Positions 1-12,797 of a DNA stretch of 60,324 nt are shown piece by piece. A program made the position numbers and the translations under genes. Origin of the DNA: Octopus bimaculoides (taxonomy: Eukaryota). The DNA lies in NCBI RefSeq assembly GCF_001194135.2, contig NC_068982.1:167673671-167733994 (forward strand), in the 5' to 3' direction. Below the pieces are notes generated by a model that saw only the letters and a list, made by a program, of their open reading frames with translations, was not told the origin of the DNA and ran no database searches. The stretch's first letter is position 1. The number at the start of each line of letters is the position of its first letter.

Positions 1-387
1 TAAGCTTTCTGGTTTCCCTTTTCTGCGCTCCCGCTTATTTTGTTGTAAGTAGTTATCTACCTTGTTTAGCTGGAGGTGTTTGGGATGGGCAAATTTGCAG
101 TTTCGTCCCTTTTCCCCGTGCCAGCAGGTACCATTTAGGTAGAATTTACAGATCTGTTTCTTTTTCTTTTTCTCTGTGTGACGTGTTTGGGCTTGAAGCC
201 TGTTTGTGTTTACCGTCTTCTTGTCTGTTCTCCTGTCTTTGTCGTTTGTGGTGCAGCGTTGACTGTATTCACCATGGTCATTGCATCCCTCATCAGTGGC
301 TACAGCACTGGTGGCATCTGCTTTGTCTTGGTGATCCGTTTGGTCCTCCTGAGCCTGAGCACAGTGTGCAGGGTCTTCACTGTCCAT
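1..387 (-). mobile_element. Open ORF (129+ codons, runs off the window edge) with a CCCH zinc finger; probable LINE ORF1 5' portion
   Basis: Minus-strand ATG at 387, stop-free to base 1 (checked by triplets): [16 protein letters not shown]...[39 protein letters not shown]-x7-C-x8-C-x3-H spans 150-85. Absent from the supplied ORF track. The LINE ORF1 assignment is inference. Confidence 0.55.
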
Positions 388-397
388 TTTTTTTTAT

Positions 398-545
398 GTA
401 TATACTTTTATATATATGTATATATATATATGCATATGTATGTATATATATATATGTATATATATATATACATGTATATATATATGTATATCTTATATGT
501 ATGTATATATGTACGTATATATGTATATATATATGTATGCATGTA

Positions 546-590
<45 letters not shown>
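398..590. repeat. (AT)n/(ATGT)n compound microsatellite
   Basis: Directly visible; it generates the YIYI-type ORFs in the track. Confidence 0.95.
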
Positions 591-591
<1 letters not shown>

Positions 592-1493
592 TTATGTGTA
601 TGTATCTTAAAATCGATAAAGCTGGCGTTGATAAAACGGATATTTATAGAAACTTAGACTGCTGAACGATAACGATAAAGAAAGAAAGAAGAAATAAAAG
701 AAAAGAATTAAAAGGAGAAAAGGAAAGAGAGAAGAAAGGTCGCAAGTCGAGGGTAGCGGTCGAAGAAGAAAGAAAAAATTGATTTAGAAATATCTATAGA
801 TCAAAAATGAAACAAACTTCGTATTAATGATGTATGCGACTGAAAATGGGAAAAAAGCGTGTGGAGACAAAAGAAAAATTGTAAAGAGAAAGGTTTTTAT
901 TGTGTAAACTGTTATTTGTTGTTTTAAAGTGAAAATATATACATAACACACACACGCACAAACATGAATTTGCTTATAAATAGTGATTAATCGTAAGAGA
1001 ACATAGTACGGAAAATAAAATTAAATGATAAACAGGGTTAGAGTATAATATAAGCGAAGGGCATCTATGTAAAAGATAACTGAAAAAAATTAATTATCAA
1101 AAGTTTACAAAAAATTTAGAATAAATAGTTAGTATTTGACATTTGAAACGCAGTTTTGGGACAGTGGAAGCCAATCTGTTGGGTCTTTATCGATTATGAT
1201 CCATGATAAATGATAAAGGGTTAGATACCTTGAAATTCTTCAAAATTAGTGAAAGTTTTTTCAGCAAAATGATATAAAATTAGAATTTCTGTTCAGTACA
1301 TTTCCATGATTGAAAGATACTCATTCCTTAAAAATACATAAATAAACAAATGTGGGGTATTTGGTTCTAAATATCTGCACGATCAATAATTTCATATCTG
1401 ATATCTAAGCCATTAGTATTTAAGTTTTAAGAAGCAAATTGATTATTCACAAAATAGGGTCTGCGCTAATGCTATAGTGGATTCAAATTTATG

Positions 1494-1590
1494 GCACAAG
1501 GTCAGCAATTTCAGGGGAGAGGCTAGTCAATTACACCGACCGCAGTGAGGAAATGGTATTTTTTTTATCGACCTTGGAAGGTTGAAAGAC
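1494..1590 (-). mobile_element. Degenerate fragment of SINE family 2
   Basis: ggcacaaggtcagcaatttcaggggagaggctagtcaattacaccgac...ggtattttttttatcgacc resembles the family-2 body seen at 30.1 and 42.2 kb. Confidence 0.5.
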
Positions 1591-2320
1591 AAAAAAAAAA
1601 AAAAAACCATTGCTGTGTGACCAAAGAGCTCGCTCTACAACTGCGTGATTGATTTCAATTTCAGCTCCACAGCGGGCCGACGAACGCTTTGTGTGTAAAT
1701 TACATAGAGGAGAACAATGTGGAAGCCCGTCGCATATATATATATATATATATANNNNNNNNNNNNNNNNNNNNNNNNNNNNNNNNNNNNNNNNNNNNNN
1801 NNNNNNNNNNNNNNNNNNNNNNNNNNNNNNNNNNNNNNNNNNNNNNNNNNNNNNNNNNNNNNNNNNNNNNNNNNNNNNNNNNNNNNNNNNNNNNNNNNNN
1901 NNNNNNNNNNNNNNNNNNNNNNNNNNNNNNNNNNNNNNNNNNNNNNNNNNNNNNNNNNNNNNNNNNNNNNNNNNNNNNNNNNNNNNNNNNNNNNNNNNNN
2001 NNNNNNNNNNNNNNNNNNNNNNNNNNNNNNATATACACAATGGAATGATAAATGGAATGGTTGGTGTGTAGAGGCCATGGTCCTTTGATTTCTAGATGGC
2101 AGCAAATAGGAAATAACACTTACTGACCAAAAACAAATGAATAAAAATATAAATAAAAATTATGTTATACAGGGAAATCCATAAAATAAGTACCAGTAGA
2201 ATATCCAGGGGTTTGACTGTATTGAAAACAAGTTCCCTTAAAATCTGTTCTATGCACCAAAGTTAAAACTCATCAGCATATTTTATTAATTTATGTACCC
2301 TCTTTTTTCTACTGTTATAG

Positions 2321-2542
2321 GATTTAACCAAAGACACAATTCTGGATGCAACCAACGGTAAAACGATGTCAGCTCTCACAGTGTTCTCCTATGCGCTAAA
2401 GTTCTTCAAAGAACACGCCTTGCAAGAATTGTCCGATCAGTCGGGCATGGAGATTGTCAACGATGATGTACGGTGGGTGATTACAGTACCAGCGATATGG
2501 AAGGCGCCTGCCAAGCAGTTTATGAGACAAGCATCATACCAG
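2321..2542 (+). CDS. HSPA12A: HSPA12-like (heat shock 70 kDa protein 12) internal coding exon A, 222 bp, phase 0/0
   Basis: Polypyrimidine tract plus AG at 2319-2320 and GT at 2543. Translates [74 protein letters not shown], matching the HSPA12 [25 protein letters not shown] motif. The A versus B paralogue cannot be resolved. Confidence 0.95.
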
Positions 2543-3458
2543 GTATATAAACTACATTACAGATTTTCCTTATCTACGGAGTGTTTGTAACATTTTATGA
2601 GATCGTTCGGCTTTTATTTGTCTGGTACCTTGTTCAAAATACTGATAGTCCTAAATGCCTGAGTTTTAAATATAGCATTGTGCTTACCCTTTTTACTACG
2701 ATACATCCATTTCTGTATGATTTACAACAAAGAGCAAGCAGAATACTGATCGCTGAAACCGGTAAATATACTTGAAATATTTTGTCCCTGCTTCACACCA
2801 GAGTATACTCTGTATTGGTCAGACACTTGTCTTCCAGTGGTCAATCTAGCCATCATACAATTGTGAACTGGCGAAAGATTTTCATAATTCTTTCTCCAAA
2901 GTGCTGCAGATTTCTAGAATTCTGTGGATGACAAGATACAGATGTCCAAAGTGAATATCAACTGCGTTGATTTCGCTAATGATACGAACGTCATCTCTTC
3001 TCTTCTTCCACATTAATTAGAAAACAGTCATGGTTAAACGCTTAGACATACGGATATATATCGATATTTCTCTCGCTCTCTCTAATTCTGTATAAGTATC
3101 TCTGTGTGTACACGCATATATAATTTTCATGTGTATGTGTGTGTGTACGAATATGTCTTTTCTTTTTGGTTGGTGCAGTTTGAAAACGTGCGTGTATATG
3201 CATGTATGTACACACACAAGCACATAAATAATTTCTTTCTCCCAACTTCTTCAAATATTTGTATATGCATGTTTTGTTTTATATTAATGCTGATATAAAC
3301 TCACCAAAGGCATTGATAAAAATACATACGACAAAAAGTGTGTATATCTCGCTCATATTTTCTTCAAATCAATACATATTCCCAGATCCATAACATATTT
3401 GACAGTCTCACTCTATAAATGACTTCAGTTCGCAGTGCTACCATCAAAAATCTATTCA

Positions 3459-3491
<33 letters not shown>

Positions 3492-4672
3492 GCATCTATC
3501 TATCTATTTGTCTGTCTGTCCGTCCGTCTACCTACCTACCTACCTACCTACCTACCTACCTACCTACCTACCAACCTACACCCCTTCCTTCCTTCCTTCT
3601 TTCTTTCCTTCCTTCCTTCCTTCCTTGTTTCATACCTATACCATTATGTTATTTTAGATTTCTGTTGACAAAGAATAACACGGAAATATAATGAGATACA
3701 AATGAGAAAAAATACCATGAATAAGTTAATGGAAATGAAAAAATAAAGAAACCCCTTATTCCTTCCATCCTTAATCACGGTCTTGCCTCGACTTTTAGGA
3801 AAACAAACGATCATTCAAAAGATAATAATATCATAAAAGGATAAACTTAAACAATTACTTATTCCTTGTGTCTGTTACCATTGCACATCAAAGAAAATCA
3901 GTGACATTTGGTACCTTCCTTAGTACGGCAGGAGACCAAAACCTGTCGGTTTACAGACTTAACTTTGGCTGTATAGCATTACTGTTGCAGGTTTTGATAC
4001 AATTGCTTTATAAGAGAGACTGTTAAACCAAGTAAATTTACTTGCATGCACCCTTGTACATACATATACATTTATTTAACACTAGATATATGTATATACA
4101 TGCATATATCTATTTAAACGTACATTCACATTTTCCCCCTCTCAAAAATCTGTATCCATGCTACTTATTAGCTTCCAAATACTCTCGTATATAAATATTT
4201 TTTTCCATATTTATATAGATTCGATTAGAATTTTGAATTTATACTAAAAAACGGAAATATAATGCCATGGAGTAACCCTACTTAGTTCTATATACGAGGA
4301 CATAGTCATTCACGTAAAATAATACTCCTATGAAAAAACATGCGTTATTCATTCTATAACCAGGTCTTGCAGATACAGATGTCTTAGTGTATAATGACAA
4401 ATAAATCTCTCCTATGGTTGCTTCATTTCTCACCAAATAATTTTACACACATACAAATTATTATGAAATTGCATTATGTAGGTAGACAACATACCAACAA
4501 CGACAGTAAAAATACCCTCAATTAATACATTTTCGAGTAAATAAATGGTCGGAGGGTATAAAACAAAGAGAAACCAGAGTTGATCCTACTCACCTAAAGA
4601 TGCACACGTATTCATCTATTGTTGAATCATTTTCATGCAATAATGTGTATAGCATATGTAACATTCAGCATA

Positions 4673-4721
4673 CACCAGATGATAACGATGAGCTGAAACA
4701 ATTGTAGTGATTTGTAATAAA
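4673..4721 (+). other. Decayed minimal hammerhead-like motif followed by AATAAA (Penelope-type terminus)
   Basis: CAC-CAGATGA-taacgatgagct-GAAAC-AATT-GTA-GTG. Palindromic helix III, a GUA triplet and a 3-bp helix I are present; the core has U4>A and helix II is weak. Confidence 0.4.
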
Positions 4722-5867
4722 ACCTGTTCATTCCATCTTCAGGTATTAAAATTCTGACACACGCGGGCGCGCACACACACCTACGCACGCGCTTACATAT
4801 GTATAGTTTTACTCAGGTGACATCAACATTTGCTGGGCGAAAAATTGGAGTAGTCTTAATCATTAATGTGCAAAAATGAATTTCCAAAAATGAATTATCA
4901 TGCTTTTGATGCATGGTTCACTCAGTATTATGTTATAGATTTCTCCAGTTTATTATCAAAAAAATACCGCGATTACTGTAGTATAATTTGTATGACACAA
5001 AATACATCGAAACACCATTTCTTATATAAGTTAAAACATATGTATTTACCAGTATGATTAATTACATTAGATTTTTTTATTCATTTTCTTCATTCAGGGA
5101 GAATGTTTTTCTTCTACCACTGATGTGGTACACTAGATTTCACTTTGAACTTCATCCACTCAGTATTAATATTCGTGTAGTATACGGCCCATGAAATTTA
5201 TCTCAGAAACTAGTCTACAATATTAAACTTTTACGCGAATATATATGATGTTCTATAAAAATGCTACTTACACGCACATACCCACACATACACACAGATA
5301 TGTATATATGATGTTTTTGTCGAGTCCAGTCTCAAAATGATATATGGAGATTTGCTTTCACTGTAGAAATCAACTATGTTTCGAAGAGAACGAAATAATT
5401 TAATTTATAGTGCTATATTAATATCAAAATACTCTCTTAGGTACAAAGGCCATATTTATAAGCAAGCGAAGCGATAGTCACGTGATTTGACCTTGCTATC
5501 TTTATATATATATTTCATTGATCCTGGATATTTTATCAATATCCTCTGGGATTTGAAGGCAGAAACATTAGGCAGTCTGCCAAATTGATACAGAAAAAAT
5601 CATTTAGTCTGGCCCTCTATCATTGGAATTAATTCTGCATTAATTTACACACGCACACACACTTGCATCCTTATTTATATATACACATGCATATATATAT
5701 ATATATACCTACATGCATTTACGCATACACAGATTATAACATACATGCGGTTATATATGTGACTGTGTGTTCTTGAGTATAGTATGATGATTTAATCTCC
5801 GGTTACACACTCAAATGTTTACACATATATACACATTCATACATATTCATATCTTTATCAAAATTAA

Positions 5868-5901
<34 letters not shown>

Positions 5902-5922
5902 AGCATCCACATATATTCCAGA

Positions 5923-5960
<38 letters not shown>

Positions 5961-6984
5961 TGTATACACGCACACGCACACACACAAATGTACACACACA
6001 CTCATATATCATGGTAATAATAGTAAAAATGATCTAATATAGGAAGTATATAACTGAAACCTTATACAAACATTATTGTCGGCTCAGAAGTAGCAACGAG
6101 ACTAACTCGTTATTTGCACAGTTAAAACTATATTTGAACAAATAAATTGTTTCTCTATGAAACCATACGGCTGTCTCCTCTCGTTGCATCTTATTATTCT
6201 TTGATAAAGCCAACAGTACTTAAGAAATACTTAAACTAGTGTTTTCGGCTCGAATTTAGGTCATCTTTTGTATCCATGAGAGAGTTTTATTCTTTACACT
6301 GAAGCTACCAAAAAAAGATTGATTAAAGTTCAGTAAAATATTGAATTAGTTGATAATTCTCTCTTAGTATGGCCACAGTCTAATGACTGAAGTATGTAAA
6401 AGATAAAGGATTAATCCATAGCGAAAGAGTGTCTTCTGGTCTCTTAGTTGGCCAGAAATAGCACTCAAATCAAACCCTACTTTCTTTAAAAAGATATATT
6501 GCATAATGTACTCTTAGAAAATTGTATGTCTGAATATAAGACGAGAATGTCATAACTAGAGGGTTTTTGATCATATGTCTGTTTCATCAAGACTGACAGG
6601 ACAATCAACAACAACCCTTAGGTTTAAACTTGTTGATGCGTTTGCTTTATATCTGAAGACACATATACGTATATGAGCTCATAAAAACACACGACGAGTA
6701 AGAGCTAAAGGGAGAACTTTTAACTTATCGCTCAAGCCGCTAAAAATCTCAGCCAAATCATTTTCAAATTTTAGCCCATTGACTTTATGAAAAGATGAGA
6801 TACTATTTGATCAGGTATTTTCACGTGGTAGTAAAATATCGCGTACATATAAGCATAGATACCAAAAAGTGAATAAAACATTAATAAATTAAAAATTACT
6901 TTAACATTTATCAGACACTTGTACCCTATATGTATCGTTTTAAGGCTGTAAAATTGGCAAAGGCGTTATAACGTTTACTATATT

Positions 6985-7200
6985 GCTCGCGGTATTTTTT
7001 CTGAATATATTGGCTCTGCGTTCAAATGTCATCGAATTCAACTTTGTCTTGTATCCTTTCGTGGGGTCGATAAAAAATACGAATCTGAGGCGGTGAATTG
7101 GTGGAAATGTATGAAGATCTGACTGGATGCCTGACAGTATTTGTTCCGGCTCTCTGCGTTCTGAGTTCAAATTCGACCAGAACCTACTTTGGATGATGGA
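6985..7200 (+). mobile_element. Two degenerate head-to-tail SINE family 2 fragments
   Basis: ctctgcgttcaaatgtcatcgaattcaactttgtcttgtatcctttcgtggggtcgataaaa, then gaggcggtgaattggtggaaat...ctctgcgttctgagttcaaattc. Confidence 0.55.
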
Positions 7201-8738
7201 TTTAATCTATCACCCGATTTAATACCCCTAAAGGTACTTTGGAGGGTGCCTTTAGCTGAGTTTACTCTGTTGCGTGCATTCGGACTAGATCTTTGGCTTG
7301 AGAATAACTCTTCCCTTAAGAATTACACCTCCCCATCTGTAAAGTGTCATGGGCATTGTCTTCCCGCCTCGTATTTTGCTGCAGACTTTTGTTTTGTTGG
7401 ATGCAACATAGCAGATAGCAGAAGTGTTCTCGGAATAAAGAAGTCAATTAGCGTAGGTAGCAGCGAGTCACATTTACTTAATTTGGAATTGTTCAATCAA
7501 TGATAGAATTAAAATGCTACTTCCTGAAGTTTACATTGAAATAGTTCTGCTCTATTGACGTAATACTGGAACAATGACAGAAACAAAGACCAAAGGGATA
7601 AGAACTAGACACCACTCTCTTTTGGATTGGGAATAGCCTATAGGAATGGATTGTGAATAGCTTATTGCAAGAAGGCAGATTTCGAAGCTGAAGCCATTTT
7701 TTATTCATACAGGATAATTTTGAGTGAGCTTACATTGACAAGACCAGTATACAAATATTCATTCTTTTGGATCACAAAAATTAAACTACAGCGCCTTATT
7801 GTGTTTAGGAAAGATTTACGAAAGACATATATTTGACAACTTAAAGATTCTCTAGTTAGGCGCAATATTCGATTTAATGATGTTGCTGACATTACTACGG
7901 ATAGCGATTATTGAAGAGAGCTGAATGACCAGTGTTGAGTATCTCTGAAGTTGGGGATCAGTACTTATGGAAAAGGTATAGAATATCGAGCATGAGATGA
8001 GACGTTAATAGTTACAAGGACTCCTCAAATATTTGTTTTTTGTGACGTGTAAGCAATGAAGATATCTACTACGAGTAACTATCCCATGTCAAACCTTCCA
8101 TTTAAGAACCTAGTTTATACATACATAATACATACATACATACATACATACATACATACATACATACATACATACAGACAGACAGACAGACAGAAACGAA
8201 ATTAAGCTAGGAAAAATAACTAACTCAGAGTGGTGAGTGGAATAGATTTGGACAGCAAAGACGAATAAAGGTATTTTGAATTTCAGCCAAGACATTTATG
8301 AGTTACTGACGTTATCTATAGTTCGAGAGAAGGGAAAAAACTCCTTGTGCTAATTGTGACACTAAATACGAGGGAATCTCAAGAATCACAAATCCTCAGG
8401 AATTAAATCAAGAATATTCTAGAATTACTTATAGGGAAAAAGAATCAGGTTTGTGGAGACAAACGAAAGCTAGGGTCACGAGTTTCTGTATCAATTAGTG
8501 TTATCAGCACAAAAACTATTTCACCTTGATTCCAGCAGAATATAAGACTTAGACTAGAGAACATTTATAGTCCAGGGTAATTTGCATAAATAAAAAAAAA
8601 AACAAAAATAAAATCTGAAAGAAAGTGGTCAATGGCGCGAAAGCCGACAACAAAAAGAAATTTATATAGGAAGCCATACAAGAAAAATTTCTGTTGTATT
8701 GAAATTATCTTCGATTCGAGACGTATGGCACACACACA

Positions 8739-8777
<39 letters not shown>

Positions 8778-8844
8778 GTATATATATGTATATTATCTAC
8801 ATTATGTATAGATATATTTAGTATGTATAATGTATATTGCATTT

Positions 8845-8903
<59 letters not shown>

Positions 8904-9040
8904 GTATATTATATTATACATATTATATGTCTGTGTATACTTAAGTACACATACACATATATGCATACTTATCTAGTTCCTTCCGTATACTCACATACAT
9001 ACGCACACAAACATACACATACACATTTCATTTTTATTGT

Positions 9041-10187
9041 TTTTGACTTGTTTCGGTCATTAGACTGCGGCCATGTGGGGCACCGTCTTGTACAATTTCA
9101 GTCGAACTTATCAATCCCAGTACTTATTTTTTTTCTAAAACCTGGTACTTATTCTACCGGTCTCTTTTGCCGAACTGCTAAATTTCGGGGACGTAAACAC
9201 ACCAGTACTGGTTGTCAAGCCGTGTTGGGAACAAATACATACACAGACACAAAAACATGCACACGCAAACACAAACAAACACATATACGACGGGATTCTT
9301 TCAGTATCCGTCTACCAAATCTATTCACAAGTCTTTGGTCAGCCGAATGCTATAGTAGAAGACACTTGCCCAAGGTGCCACGCAATGGAACTAAACACCG
9401 AACCATGTAGTTGGGTGCCAAACTTCTTATTTCTTTATTGCCCACAAGGGGATAAACATAGAGGGGACAAACAAGGGCGGACAAAGGGATTAAGTCAATT
9501 ACATCGACCCCCAGTGCGTAACTGGTACTTAATTTATCGATCTCGAAAGGATGAAAGGTAAAGTCGACCTCGGCGGAATTTGAACTCAGAACGTAACGGC
9601 AGACGAAATACCTATTTCGTTATTGCCCACAAGGGGCTAAACATAGAGGGAACAAACAAGAACAGACGAACAGATTAAGTCGATTACATCGAACCCCAGT
9701 GCGTAACNNNNNNNNNNNNNNNNNNNNNNNNNNNNNNNNNNNNNNNNNNNNNNNNNNNNNNNNNNNNNNNNNNNNNNNNNNNNNNNNNNNNNNGGACAAA
9801 GGGATTAAGTCAATTACATCGACCCCCAGTGCGTAACTGGTACTTAATTTATCGATCTCGAAAGGATGAAAGGTAAAGTCGACCTCGGCGGAATTTGAAC
9901 TCAGAACGTAACGGCAGACGAAATACCTATTTCGTTATTGCCCACAAGGGGCTAAACATAGAGGGAACAAACAAGAACAGACGAACGGATTAAGTCTATT
10001 ACATCGATCTCCAGTGCGTAACTGGTACTTAATTTATCGATCTCGAAAGGATGAAAGGCAAAGTCGACCTCGGCGGAATTTGAACTCAGAACGTAACGGC
10101 AGACGAAATACCGCTAAGCATTTCGCCCGGCGCGCTAACGTTTCTGCCAGCTCGCCGCCTTTTTACCACACAGCCACCCACACGCAT
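9041..10187 (-). mobile_element. tRNA-headed SINE family 1, interrupted by a SINE family 2 tandem array
   Basis: Body at 9041-9429 (gacttgtttcggtcattagactgcggccatg...agacacttgcccaaggtgccacgc...cttctta). The head resumes at 10173-10187 (ttaccacacagccac; minus strand GTGGCTGTGTGGTAA, A-box-like). Confidence 0.8.
9428..10171 (-). repeat. 185-bp tandem array derived from SINE family 2, with one complete tRNA-like head at the right end
   Basis: Units 9428-9612 and 9928-10112 are each 185 bp, with partial units either side of the gap at 9708-9793. Minus-strand head: AAGGCGGCGAGCTGGCAGAAACG...GAGTTCAAATTCC. Confidence 0.9.
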
Positions 10188-10795
10188 ACAATGCATGAAA
10201 CACGCTGTAGAAGGAAAACTTCTACGTAATGAAAATCGTGAGGAAAGGAGTTTGTGTTTGCGCGCGCGCGTGTATGTGTGTGTTCGTAAATGTGGTTGCG
10301 CGCACGAAATGTAAAGAGCGAGAAGGCGAAGAAGATTAATTATGAAAGAGAAGTGAACGCAACCATTCAGGAGATTGGTTGTGGAAGACAGTATGAAGTA
10401 ATTGTTTAATGATCCATGCATTTAAAGAAAGCGATGGTTAATGAATTTTTTTCTTGGATTTTTGATCAATAATGGAATCTTCAGCCGACCGTTTTCAATA
10501 TTTCTCTAATTGAAATTGAGTAAAAACTATTGGTTATGTCATTTCCACAACATCGCATCGCCTGACTGCATTGGTTCTAAGAGTACTGCAATATCCATAA
10601 CTTTCTCTCCGAAGAATTAATAGGATTAAGTAGATTAAGATTAATAATCTAGGAGACAACGAGAAATTCACTTTAAATAACATTTCAACAATCTGATCTC
10701 ATCTATATACCAGATTGAACTTGTCGACTTATCACGCAATTCCAGTTCTATAATGACTTAGACATCGAAAAGTTAGCTTCTTGTTAGATCCGAAT

Positions 10796-10840
<45 letters not shown>

Positions 10841-10862
10841 TTGTCTGTCTGTTTATTCGATT

Positions 10863-11054
10863 CAAGGCGGCGCGTCGTGTCCTTGAACAAGACATTTTAG
10901 TTCAAGTTGTTCCAGTCCATTCAGCTGGCAAAAATGGGTTGTATCTGTAATTCAAAAGGCCAGCCTTGTCATACTGAATCTCCCTGAGGACCACGTTAAA
11001 CGTACGACGCGTGTCAGTGGGTGAACTGAACCCTTGCTGTCTTAAACGACGGAG
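10863..11054 (+). mobile_element. Internally deleted or chimeric SINE
   Basis: gtgtccttgaacaagacatttt...ccagtccattcagctg resembles the 45.4 kb SINE core. tgtaattcaaaaggccagccttgtca...gacggag resembles the family 3 3' half. Confidence 0.55.
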
Positions 11055-11634
11055 CTTATATATATATTGAAAACAGATCAATGGGTTATGTGGTAGTGCT
11101 ACAGCTGTTTCATTAGGAAATGTTTCAGATCTCGAAGTGGTCCTCAAGACTGTAGGTCCGTGAGATGGTTGTGACTTGAAAACAGTTTGGAGTAGCAACC
11201 AGAAAGAGAAGCATGAAGACGCAATGCACATGTGTGCACTGGGTTTGTAAAACGGAAGAGAAGAATAAAAACGCAAAGCGCATGTCACATCTCTCGCAGC
11301 TGCAATCTTCTTGTTTATATTCACGTAAACATAATATAATTAGTTACATTGTGTTGTACGTTACATAACTCCTAACTCATTAGGCAATCAGGTGAGCAAT
11401 AACTTGATTAATCAACGTATTATCATGACCATAGCTGAGGATAGGTACGAAACCTGAACTGAAATTAGTTTGGTATTTTCACCAATCTCTTCTCTTTTGA
11501 GGATTAAATATATATATGTAAAGAGGAGAGGAGTGCTTCTTTTTCTGATGTATGATTTACGGATGATATACATATGTGTGTGAATATATATCTATATCCA
11601 TATACACACATTATACTATAGAAATAAACTTCTA

Positions 11635-11844
11635 CAAGAGGATGTTGAAAAGTTCCTGGTTTTGGGTAAAAGAAAATACAGGAGGATCAGTAAATAATGA
11701 TTTTATTCAACAAATTTCCCTCAAAAATTCATACAGCGGATCTTCAGATTTCCTAAAAACCCCGTAAAAGAACTCGGAAGATTGGGTCGCCGACCAGGCT
11801 TTTCGCGACATCCTTAAAGAGAGGAACCTTTCAGTAAACTCTCG
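11635..11844. mobile_element. Mariner-derived MITE (about 210 bp), degenerate TIRs
   Basis: Left end ta|caagaggatgttgaaaagttcc versus the right end read as reverse complement cgagagtttactgaaaggttcc. The interior, read on the minus strand, resembles a mariner C-terminus ending ...FVE*. Confidence 0.5.
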
Positions 11845-12166
11845 TTTGTCATAAAAATCGTTAAGAAAGGTGTGTGTGTGTGTGTGTGTGTAGGTATGTT
11901 GATGCAAACTGGAAAAATACAACTCAAAATATGAATATATGTATATTTTTACNNNNNNNNNNNNNNNNNNNNNNNNNNNNNNNNNNNNNNNNNNNNNNNN
12001 NNNNNNNNNNNNNNNNNNNNNNNNNNNNNNNNNNNNNNNNNNNNNNNNNNNNNNNNNNNNNNNNNNNNNNNNNNNNNNNNNNNNNNNNNNNNNNNNNNNN
12101 NNNNNNNNNNNNNNNNNNNNNNNNNNNNNNNNNNNNNNNNNNNNNNNNNNNNNNNNNNNNNNNNNN

Positions 12167-12198
<32 letters not shown>

Positions 12199-12617
12199 CA
12201 GATGGTAGAATGGATAAAGCTAGGAGAAGTATGAGTTCAACGCAATTGGTACAGTAGTGAAGCGAAAAAATGGACAACTATTTACTCCTCTCAATGTTTC
12301 CATGAATTAGTAATGAAGTTATAAAATTTCAACTTTACTCGCGAATTGATGAGTATGCTCTGTTGAATCGTACTGTCAAAACTGGCAAACTGGCACGATG
12401 CCCAAGTTAGAATGAAAAGATTGAATGTGATCATTTTAGCTTTCACTGAATTTATAAAATTTTAGCTTCTCACTCATATATGTATACGTCTGTATTTAAG
12501 CATGTGAGTAAACACGCCCATATACCTAATACATCCATCTATCTGTCTGTCGACGTATTTGTTTATTCATCTATTTGTCTATCGGGCTGTCTGCTTGTCT
12601 GTCTATTCATTTACTTG

Positions 12618-12687
<70 letters not shown>

Positions 12688-12762
12688 CGTCTATCTACAC
12701 ATATATACGTACATACATATGTGTANNNNNNNNNNNNNNNNNNNNNNNNNNNNNNNNNNNNN

Positions 12763-12797
<35 letters not shown>

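Noticed and set aside
7565-8035. Plus-strand stretch that looks like a decayed reading frame
   Set aside because: About seven stops in 155 codons and no recognisable motif; cannot be told apart from chance.
8823-9410. 195-aa plus-strand ORF
   Set aside because: Composed of (AT)n plus the antisense of a SINE; no protein motif.
9428-10112. CRISPR-like regular array
   Set aside because: The units repeat along their whole length with no unique spacers, there are no cas genes, and the context is eukaryotic and SINE-derived.
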